The translations under genes and the position numbers were made by a program. This document shows, in pieces, positions 24,666 through 31,252 of a stretch of 32,274 bases of DNA. Position 1 is the first letter of the stretch, and every line of letters starts with the position of its first letter. Below the pieces are notes generated by a model that ran no database searches, was not told the DNA's origin, and worked only from the letters and a program-made list of their open reading frames with translations. The DNA comes from Patescibacteria group bacterium (lineage in GTDB: Bacteria > Patescibacteriota > Patescibacteriia > UBA2591 > CALHIP01): the NCBI GenBank assembly GCA_046289355.1, contig JBKBVX010000002.1, forward strand, positions 1 through 32,274. Reading direction: 5' to 3'.

Positions 24666-25178
24666 TTATTCATATTTTTTAATTAAAAATTTTCTTTTTT
24701 GACTAGAAAGATCAATAAATTCATCAGCCGATTCAATAAGTTTTCCCGAGGTTGTTTCTTTAAAAGCCATAATTTCAACTCGACAACCTTTATTTTCTTT
24801 TAAATAATTAACCAGTGGTAAAAAATCGCCATCGCCAGAAACTAAAACAACAGTATCTAATTTATCAGCCAATTTAATTGCATCAACAGCAATCCCTACA
24901 TCCCAATCTGCCTTTTTTGCTCCTCCAAAAAAAACTTGTAAATCTTTTAGCTTTACCTCAAAACCTTGTTTTTCCAAAGCCTCAAAAAATGCTTCTTCTT
25001 CAAGAGTCTTAGATCGAATAACATAGGCAATAGCTCTAATCAATTGACGATTTCTGACAGCTTCTTCTAAAAGTTTACGGAAATTAATCCTTGCTCCATA
25101 TAAATTTTTCGCCGAATGATAAATATTTTGAGTATCAACAAAAACACCAACTCTTTGGAATTTATAATTTAAAACCAT
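24666..25178 (-). CDS. NYN-domain (LabA-like) predicted ribonuclease
   Basis: 170 aa with VGVFVDTQNIYHSAKNL, WDVGIAVDA and VVLVSGDGDFLPLV, the acidic residues of the NYN/PIN-like fold. It sits between rpsO and pnp with 17-nt and 5-nt gaps. Confidence 0.8.
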   Translation of the reverse strand: MVLNYKFQRVGVFVDTQNIYHSAKNLYGARINFRKLLEEAVRNRQLIRAIAYVIRSKTLEEEAFFEALEKQGFEVKLKDLQVFFGGAKKADWDVGIAVDAIKLADKLDTVVLVSGDGDFLPLVNYLKENKGCRVEIMAFKETTSGKLIESADEFIDLSSQKRKFLIKKYE

Positions 25179-25195
25179 GGTAAAATAAAAAACAA

Positions 25196-25462
25196 TTATT
25201 TTTTTCTTATTTTTTTAATAATCTTTTGGTAATTTTTTGGGTTTGATTTTTCTAAATAGCGAAGGAGTCTTCTTCTTTTAGCAACCTTTCTTAAAAGTCC
25301 CCTTTTTGAAGAAAAATCATGGCGATGAGTTGCTAAATGGCGAACCAATTCTTCTATCTCTTTAGTTAAAAGTCCAATCTGAACTTCCACTGAACCAGAA
25401 TCTTTTTCATGAATTTTGTATTCATCTTTTACTGCTTTTTTTAATTCTTTTTTAAGGACCAT
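25196..25462 (-). CDS. rpsO: 30S ribosomal protein S15
   Basis: 88 aa with DSGSVEVQIGLLTKEIEELVRHLATHRHDFSSKRGLLRKVAKRRRLLRYL. Confidence 0.95.
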   Translation of the reverse strand: MVLKKELKKAVKDEYKIHEKDSGSVEVQIGLLTKEIEELVRHLATHRHDFSSKRGLLRKVAKRRRLLRYLEKSNPKNYQKIIKKIRKK

Positions 25463-25470
25463 AATAATTT

Positions 25471-25498
25471 ATTTTAATAAAGATTTGATTTTTGTCAA
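25471..25498 (-). promoter_or_regulatory. promoter candidate TTGACA-16-TAAAAT for rpsO, with the -10 ending 8 nt before the ATG (leaderless geometry)
   Basis: On the minus strand, a perfect TTGACA is the reverse complement of 25493-25498 and TAAAAT of 25471-25476. The ATG starts at 25462. Confidence 0.5.
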
Positions 25499-25519
25499 AT
25501 AAAAAGAATATGATAAAAT
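25492..25519 (+). promoter_or_regulatory. promoter candidate TTGTCA-16-(TGa)TAAAAT for the GT4 gene, with the -10 ending 6 nt before the ATG (leaderless geometry)
   Basis: TTGTCA at 25492-25497, an extended -10 TGATAAAAT at 25511-25519, and the ATG at 25526. Its -35 shares 5 nt with the -35 of the divergent rpsO promoter. Confidence 0.5.
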
Positions 25520-25525
25520 ATCTTT

Positions 25526-26671
25526 ATGCGAATTGGCTTTTTCACTGATACTTATCTACCTATTACTTTTGGGACTGAAATTTCTATTGAAACTTTTAGA
25601 ATATTTTTAGAAAAGTTTGGTCACCAGGTTTTTGTTTTCGCGCCAAAATATAATCTGAATTTAGAAGAAAAAAATGTTTTTCGTTTCCCTTCAATTCGTC
25701 TTTTTAGAAGTCCGGAAAATAGACTGATGTTTTTTGGTCCAAAAGATATTAAAAAAATTATTGCTTTAAAATTAGATCTTGTCCATGCCCATACTCCTTT
25801 TTCAGCTGGTTGGTTAGCAAAAATTATTGCTAAAAAATCAAAAATTCCTCTTTTTTATACTTCCCATATTCTTTATCCAGAATATGCTCGGTATTGGATT
25901 TTAAAAGAAAATAAAATTTTGCCAAGTTTAATGAAAATCTATTTAAAAGTTTATGGTAACAGTTGTTCAGCTTTAATTGCCCCTTCTTTAAAAATGAAAA
26001 GGCTGCTTGAAGAATATGGGGTTAAAAAAAAGATTTTTGTTTTGCCTACCGGACTTGATTTTGAAAGATTTAAAAAAGTTCAAGAAAAAGATGCAGAAAT
26101 AAGAAAAAAATTTGGCATTCCTTTTGAAGCTAAAATTTTACTTTATGTTGGTAGATTAACTCAAGAAAAAAATGTTTCTTTTCTCCTTGATGCTTTTTAT
26201 GAAATCCAGAAAAAAAGAAAAAATGTCTATTTTGTTTTAGTTGGCGAAGGATATTTAATGAAAGAATTAAAAGAAAAGGTAAAAAAATGGGGGATTGAAT
26301 CAAAAGTAATTTTTACTGGAAGAATTAGTTGGGAAGAAGTAATAAAAATCTATAGACAGGCAAATATTTTTCTTTTTGCTTCTCTCACTGATACCCAAGG
26401 TTTGATTATTATTGAGGCAAGTTTTTTTGGTCTACCAATCATTGCCTTAAAAGATGACTGTTATGCCGGAATGCTTATTGATGGGAAAAATGGCTATACA
26501 GTCTATCCCTATCAAGTTTCTCTATTTGCTGAAAAGGTTTTAAATGTTTTAAATAATGAAAATCTTTATCGATTTTTTTCAGAAAATGCTAAAGAAATAG
26601 CTAAAAATTTCTCCGCTGAGAATCAGGCAAAAAAATTGATAGAAATATATCAAAAATTTATTAAAAATTGA
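25526..26671 (+). CDS. GT4 (GT-B, group 1) glycosyltransferase, glycosyl-diacylglycerol-synthase-like
   Basis: 381 aa. The N-terminus MRIGFFTDTYLPITFGTEISIETF resembles glucosyl-DAG synthases of Firmicutes/Mollicutes as I remember them. The C-terminal half has the retaining GT4 pattern (VGRLTQEKN ... LFASLTDTQGLIIIEA). Confidence 0.7.
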   Translation: MRIGFFTDTYLPITFGTEISIETFRIFLEKFGHQVFVFAPKYNLNLEEKNVFRFPSIRLFRSPENRLMFFGPKDIKKIIALKLDLVHAHTPFSAGWLAKIIAKKSKIPLFYTSHILYPEYARYWILKENKILPSLMKIYLKVYGNSCSALIAPSLKMKRLLEEYGVKKKIFVLPTGLDFERFKKVQEKDAEIRKKFGIPFEAKILLYVGRLTQEKNVSFLLDAFYEIQKKRKNVYFVLVGEGYLMKELKEKVKKWGIESKVIFTGRISWEEVIKIYRQANIFLFASLTDTQGLIIIEASFFGLPIIALKDDCYAGMLIDGKNGYTVYPYQVSLFAEKVLNVLNNENLYRFFSENAKEIAKNFSAENQAKKLIEIYQKFIKN

Positions 26672-26695
26672 CAAAAATAAAAAAATTGATAAATT
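26668..26695 (+). promoter_or_regulatory. promoter candidate TTGACA-16-(TGa)TAAATT for tRNA-Arg, with the -35 overlapping the GT4 TGA stop
   Basis: A perfect TTGACA at 26668-26673 and TGATAAATT at 26687-26695. The tRNA 5' end is at 26707. Confidence 0.45.
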
Positions 26696-26706
26696 AAAAT
26701 TAAAAT

Positions 26707-26778
26707 GCCCCCATAGTTCAACGGATAGAACACCAGTCTTCTAAACTGGATATAGAGGTTCGACTCCTCTTGGGGGCA
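26707..26778 (+). tRNA. tRNA-Arg (anticodon TCT); no encoded CCA
   Basis: Acceptor GCCCCCA/TGGGGGC, D arm GTTC-AACGGATA-GAAC, anticodon stem CCAGT/ACTGG with loop CTTCTAA, T arm AGAGG-TTCGACT-CCTCT. Confidence 0.9.
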
Positions 26779-26802
26779 ATAATTGCCACTCTTAGAAGAA
26801 AT

Positions 26803-27204
26803 TTATTTTCCTTTTTCTAAATTAAATATCTCTTCCCAAATTCTTGAATCCCAGAAATCTTGAGAAATCTTTTTTAATTGAGGTATATTTTCTGCATCAA
26901 TTATATCTTTCTCAAATTGATTTATTTTTTCTTTCAAGATTTCAATCTCTTCAAAAGAAAGATTTTTTTTCTTATATTTTCTTTCTAAATCTGACAATTC
27001 TTTCTTTAATAATTTAATTTGAAATAAAACCTCGTAACCTTCTCTCAAATTTTCTTTTTCTTCATTGGTTAAATTTCTAATTTCTATTTTTATTCTCGGT
27101 TCATTTACTCTTTTAATAATTTCAAAAAAAATAATTCCCATCACCAAAAAAAAGATAATGATGGGAATAATAAAAAATTCCAATTTTAATTTATTTTTTT
27201 TCAT
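26803..27204 (-). CDS. hypothetical membrane-anchored coiled-coil protein
   Basis: 133 aa with one N-terminal TM ([18 protein letters not shown]), then a charged heptad-like region ([37 protein letters not shown]). The start overlaps the recA stop by 4 nt. Confidence 0.5.
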   Translation of the reverse strand: MKKNKLKLEFFIIPIIIFFLVMGIIFFEIIKRVNEPRIKIEIRNLTNEEKENLREGYEVLFQIKLLKKELSDLERKYKKKNLSFEEIEILKEKINQFEKDIIDAENIPQLKKISQDFWDSRIWEEIFNLEKGK

Positions 27205-28211
27205 TCTTGTCCTTCTTTCTTTACTTCCTCTAAAATTTTCTTTTTAATCTCTTCTTTTATAGCTGGATGCTCTTTAAGAAATTTTTTTGCCTGTTCCATT
27301 CCAACACCAAGTTTTGTTTCATTAAAAGAAATGGTATTACCTGATTTTTTTACTACTTTATGAAGCAAGCCAAGCTCAATTAAATCACCAACTGTTGAAA
27401 TACCTTCATTATACATAATATCAAATTCAGTCACTTTAAATGGTGGGGCTACTTTATTTTTCACAATTTTTGCTTTAATCCGATTGCCAATAATTTCTTC
27501 GCCTTTTTTTATTTGGCCAATTCTTTTTAATTCAATTCTAACTGAAGAATAAAACTTTAGGGCTGTGCCCCCAGTTGTCGTTGTTGGTGAAGCCCAAATC
27601 ATTCCACCAATTTTCTGACGGGTCTGATTTAAAAAAATAATTATTGTTTTACTTTTAGCAACAATGCCAGCTAATTTTCTTAAAGCTTGACTCATTAATC
27701 TAGCTTGAAGTCCAACGAATTGATCGCCCATTTCACCTTCAATTTCTGCTTTTGGAGTTAAGGCTGCTACTGAATCAATAACAATAGCATCAACTGCATT
27801 AGAACGAGTTAGAGTTTCAACAATCTCAAGAGCCTGTTCGCCAGTATCAGGTTGAGAAATTAATAGATCTTCAACTTTAACACCAATTTTTTTAGCATAT
27901 TCTGGGTCAAGAGCATGTTCAGCGTCAACAAAAGCAGCTATCCCGCCCATTTTTTGAACCTCAGCTAAAACATGAAGAGCCAAAGTTGTTTTACCTGAAG
28001 CTTCTTCACCAAAAATTTCAATAATTCGACCCCGAGGAAAACCTCCGCCAATAGCTAAATCTAAAGAAAGACAACCACTTGGAATTGTTTCAACTTCCAT
28101 TCTTTTTGCTTCGCCAAGTCGCATAATTGAGCCATCACCAAATTTTTCTTTAATTTGACGAATTGCCTCTTCAGCAGCTTTTATTTTTTCATCCTTTTTT
28201 TCTTTAGCCAT
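27201..28211 (-). CDS. recA: recombinase RecA
   Basis: 336 aa with Walker [32 protein letters not shown] and the L2 loop region QTRQKIGGM. Confidence 0.95.
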   Translation of the reverse strand: MAKEKKDEKIKAAEEAIRQIKEKFGDGSIMRLGEAKRMEVETIPSGCLSLDLAIGGGFPRGRIIEIFGEEASGKTTLALHVLAEVQKMGGIAAFVDAEHALDPEYAKKIGVKVEDLLISQPDTGEQALEIVETLTRSNAVDAIVIDSVAALTPKAEIEGEMGDQFVGLQARLMSQALRKLAGIVAKSKTIIIFLNQTRQKIGGMIWASPTTTTGGTALKFYSSVRIELKRIGQIKKGEEIIGNRIKAKIVKNKVAPPFKVTEFDIMYNEGISTVGDLIELGLLHKVVKKSGNTISFNETKLGVGMEQAKKFLKEHPAIKEEIKKKILEEVKKEGQE

Positions 28212-28218
28212 AATTTAA

Positions 28219-28248
28219 AATTTATGAACTATTCTTTTATTATATCAA
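28219..28248 (-). promoter_or_regulatory. promoter candidate TTGATA-18-TAAATT for recA, with the -10 ending 7 nt before the ATG and the -35 overlapping the ymdB TGA stop
   Basis: On the minus strand, TTGATA is the reverse complement of 28243-28248 and TAAATT of 28219-28224. The ATG starts at 28211. Confidence 0.4.
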
Positions 28249-29045
28249 ACAGTTGTTTCTAAATCAATCCTTTTGATTTTTTTAGTTTTTTTTGTTTGAG
28301 GATCAATTTCTAAATAAACAGCATTAATAATAACTTGACCATTTTCCGGTGGTTCAAAAGGTTGTGATTCTTGTTCTAAAAATACAGCTATTGGTCCTTC
28401 TTTTTTTACGCCAATAACAGAATCTTTAGCTCCAACCATTCCAATATCGGTAATATAGGCTGTACCTTGTGGTAAGATTTTAGCATCAACTGTACCAACA
28501 TGAGTATGAGTACCTAAAATAGCACTGACTCGACCATCAGCGTACCAACCAAGCGCTACTTTTTCTGAAGTTGCTTCAGCATGAATATCAACTAAAATAG
28601 CATTTATTTTCTCCTTTTTATATTGAACCAAAATTTCATCTAATTTTTTAAAAGGACAATCAAGGTTAGGATCAATAAAGACTCTGCCTAATAAATTTAT
28701 TACTAAAATCGAAAATTTTCCTACTTTTAAAAGTTTAGCACCATCACCTATCTCTATTAGTTGGTTAGCTGGCCGGATAATAAAATCTTTCCATTGTTGA
28801 TCAATAAAAATCTCTTCTATTTCTTTATTTTCAAAGATATGATTTCCAGAAGTTAGAAAATCAATACCTATCTTTTTCATTTCCGCTAAAATTTTTTTAG
28901 TTACCCCTGTCCCATGGGCAAGATTTTCGCCATTAGCTATAGTTAAATTTGGCTGATATCTTTTTTTAAGTATTGGTAAAATTTTCTTTAAACCTTGTCG
29001 GCCAATTTTACCAACAACATCTCCAAAGAATATTATTTTTATCAT
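28245..29045 (-). CDS. ymdB: YmdB-family metallophosphoesterase (2',3'-cyclic-nucleotide phosphodiesterase-like)
   Basis: MIKIIFFGDVVGKIGR, ANGENLAHG, SGNH and GTHTHV motifs. I prefer ATG 29045, which matches the usual M-x-I-L-F-I-GD-V-VG N-terminus. The track starts at TTG 29063, and ATG 29057 is another option. Confidence 0.85.
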   Translation of the reverse strand: MIKIIFFGDVVGKIGRQGLKKILPILKKRYQPNLTIANGENLAHGTGVTKKILAEMKKIGIDFLTSGNHIFENKEIEEIFIDQQWKDFIIRPANQLIEIGDGAKLLKVGKFSILVINLLGRVFIDPNLDCPFKKLDEILVQYKKEKINAILVDIHAEATSEKVALGWYADGRVSAILGTHTHVGTVDAKILPQGTAYITDIGMVGAKDSVIGVKKEGPIAVFLEQESQPFEPPENGQVIINAVYLEIDPQTKKTKKIKRIDLETTV

Positions 29046-29046
29046 A

Positions 29047-30573
29047 TTACCTCGCATATTCAATTATTCTTTTTTCTCGAATAACATTGACTCTGATTTC
29101 ACCAGGATATTGAAGTTCTTTTTCTATCTTTTTAGCAATTTCTTTAGCCAATTTTGTTGCTTCTAAATCATCAATTTCTTCAGTATTAACAAAAACTCTT
29201 ATTTCCCTGCCTGCCTCAATAGCATAAGCTTTTTCAACTCCAGGAAAAGAAGTGGCAATTTTTTCTAATTCTTCAAGTCTTTTAAGATATTCTTCATAAG
29301 TATCAACTCTTGCTCCAGGCCGAGCACCAGAAATAGCGTCAGCAACTTTGACAATAATTGCTTCAAGGGTTGGTGGCTTATCTTGATGGTGGGTAGCAAT
29401 ACAAGTAATTATTTCTGGATCAAGATTATATTTCTCGGCTAATTCTTTCCCAATTTCTGGATGAGTTCCGCTTACTTCCTGATCAACTGCTTTGCCAATA
29501 TCATGAAGGAGGCCAGCTTTTTTTACTATTGAAACATCAGCTTTTAACTCAGAAGCAATAGCGGCAGCTAAATTTGCCACCTCAATCGAATGTTGAAGAA
29601 CATTTTGACCATAACTTGTCCGATATAAAAGTCTGCCTAAAAGTTGAACAATTTCTTGGGGTAATCCAACAATACCTAATTTATAAACAGCTTCTTCACC
29701 AGCCTCTTTAATTTCTCGGGCCAACTCTTTTTTAGTCTCTTCAAAAAATCTTTCTATTCGAGCTGGTTGAATTCGACCATCAACAATCAATTTCTCAAGT
29801 AGTTTTTTAGCTAAAACTCTTCTTAAAGGAGAAAAACTTGAGATAACAATTACTCCAGGTGTATCATCGATAATAATTTCCACTCCTGTTAAATTTTCAA
29901 TTGTCCTGATATTCCTCCCTTCTCGGCCAATAATCCTTCCTTTGATTTCATCGGATGGTAAATTGACAACTGAAGTCATCCTCTCTGATGAAACTTTGCC
30001 GGCATATCTTTCTATTGCTGAGACAAGAAGTTCTTGTGCTTTTTTTTCTATTTCCTCTTCTTTTTCTTTTTCCAATTTTTTTATCCTTAAAAGAATTTCT
30101 TCTTTATTTTCATCCTCAATTTTCTTTAAAAGAAGTGATTTTGCCTCCTCAGTTGACAAACCAGCAATTTCTTTAAGTTTCTCTTCTGCTTCTTTATATT
30201 TCTTTAATGTCTCTTTTTCCATTTCTTCAATTTTTTTTGCTTTGACTATTAATTTTCCCTTTTCTTCTTCAAATTCAAGAAGCTTTTTGTCAAAAAGAGC
30301 CCTTCTTTCTTCTAATTTTTTCTCTATTAATTTTAACTCTTTTCTTCTTGAAATTTCTTCTTTTTTTGCTTCCTCAATAATTTTTAAGGCCTCTTCTTTA
30401 GCATTAATTAAAATTTCTTGAGCGGTCCGTTTAGCTTTCTCTTCAATATCTTTAACTTTAGACTCCAAACTCTCAAAATAGCGACCGACGATAAATTTTC
30501 TAAAATAATAACCAACTAAAAGGCCTACAATAATCCCAATAAAAGTAATAATTGGAACAAAATCTTTAATCAT
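29047..30573 (-). CDS. rny: ribonuclease Y
   Basis: 508 aa with an N-terminal TM helix and a long K/E-rich coiled coil. The KH domain contains GREGRNIRTIENLTGVEIIID and the HD domain contains HSIEV...LLHDIGK. Confidence 0.95.
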   Translation of the reverse strand: MIKDFVPIITFIGIIVGLLVGYYFRKFIVGRYFESLESKVKDIEEKAKRTAQEILINAKEEALKIIEEAKKEEISRRKELKLIEKKLEERRALFDKKLLEFEEEKGKLIVKAKKIEEMEKETLKKYKEAEEKLKEIAGLSTEEAKSLLLKKIEDENKEEILLRIKKLEKEKEEEIEKKAQELLVSAIERYAGKVSSERMTSVVNLPSDEIKGRIIGREGRNIRTIENLTGVEIIIDDTPGVIVISSFSPLRRVLAKKLLEKLIVDGRIQPARIERFFEETKKELAREIKEAGEEAVYKLGIVGLPQEIVQLLGRLLYRTSYGQNVLQHSIEVANLAAAIASELKADVSIVKKAGLLHDIGKAVDQEVSGTHPEIGKELAEKYNLDPEIITCIATHHQDKPPTLEAIIVKVADAISGARPGARVDTYEEYLKRLEELEKIATSFPGVEKAYAIEAGREIRVFVNTEEIDDLEATKLAKEIAKKIEKELQYPGEIRVNVIREKRIIEYAR

Positions 30574-30585
30574 ATTTTTAATAAT

Positions 30586-30616
30586 AAAACCGAGAATTGA
30601 CCTTGTTCTCGGTTTT
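30586..30616 (-). terminator. intrinsic terminator hairpin downstream of clpP
   Basis: The minus strand reads AAAACCGAGAA-CAAGGTCAA-TTCTCGGTTTT followed by ATTATTAAAAAT. That is an 11-bp stem with a GC core and a U-rich tail, 21 nt after the clpP stop. An A-tract upstream makes it potentially bidirectional. Confidence 0.6.
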
Positions 30617-30637
30617 AAAAATCAGTTCTATTAGATT

Positions 30638-31213
30638 TTATTTGATAATTTTATCAATAATCCCGTAATTTTTTGCTTCTTCAGCAGACATAAAAAACTC
30701 ACGATCTGTATCTTTTTCTATTTTTTCAAGAGATTGACCAGTATGGAAAGAAAGAATTCTATTGATTCTTTCTCTAATTTTAAGAATATGTTCAGCTCTA
30801 ATTTTTATATCAATAGCTGGCCCTTCAGCACCACCCATTACTTGATGAAGCATTACCTCAGAATTTGGTAAAGCAAATCTTTTCCCTTTTGCTCCAGCTG
30901 ACAATAAAACAGCAGCCATACTTCCAGCCAAGCCAACGCAAATGGTCATTACATCAGGTTTAACATATTGCATTGTATCATAGATAGCTAAACCAGCTGT
31001 CACTGAGCCACCCGGTGAGTTAATATAAAGTTTAATATCTTTTTCTTTATCTTCAGATTCTAGAAATAGAAGTTGGGCAATGACTGTATTAGCTACCCTA
31101 TCATCAATGACATCACCTAAAAAAATTATTCTTTCTTTCAAAAGTCGAGAATAAATATCATAAGCTCTTTCACCAAAAGCAGATTTTTCAATAACCGTAG
31201 GAACAAGGTACAT
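30638..31213 (-). CDS. clpP: ATP-dependent Clp protease proteolytic subunit
   Basis: 191 aa with [18 protein letters not shown] (active-site Ser), MLHQVMGG (His) and [18 protein letters not shown]-like C-terminal sequence ([21 protein letters not shown]). Confidence 0.95.
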   Translation of the reverse strand: MYLVPTVIEKSAFGERAYDIYSRLLKERIIFLGDVIDDRVANTVIAQLLFLESEDKEKDIKLYINSPGGSVTAGLAIYDTMQYVKPDVMTICVGLAGSMAAVLLSAGAKGKRFALPNSEVMLHQVMGGAEGPAIDIKIRAEHILKIRERINRILSFHTGQSLEKIEKDTDREFFMSAEEAKNYGIIDKIIK

Positions 31214-31221
31214 ATTTTATA

Positions 31222-31250
31222 AGTTTATTAATTTTCAATTTATTAGTCAA
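31222..31250 (-). promoter_or_regulatory. promoter candidate TTGACT-17-TAAACT for clpP, with the -10 ending 8 nt before the ATG (leaderless geometry)
   Basis: On the minus strand, TTGACT is the reverse complement of 31245-31250 and TAAACT of 31222-31227. The ATG starts at 31213. The -35 begins 2 nt after the dnaN stop. Confidence 0.4.
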
Positions 31251-31252
31251 TA

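Noticed and set aside
26775-26787. A small hairpin GGCAA-TAA-TTGCC overlapping the 3' end of tRNA-Arg.
   Set aside because: It is a 5-bp stem that uses acceptor-stem nucleotides, with no U-tract in either orientation. It is probably fortuitous.
29942-30421. A 159-aa plus-strand ORF rich in Ser, Phe and Ile (and the nested 29988-30176 ORF).
   Set aside because: It lies entirely antisense to the K/E-rich coiled-coil region of rny. AAG/GAA-rich coding sequence gives stop-free CTT/TTC antisense frames. The product is low-complexity with no start context.
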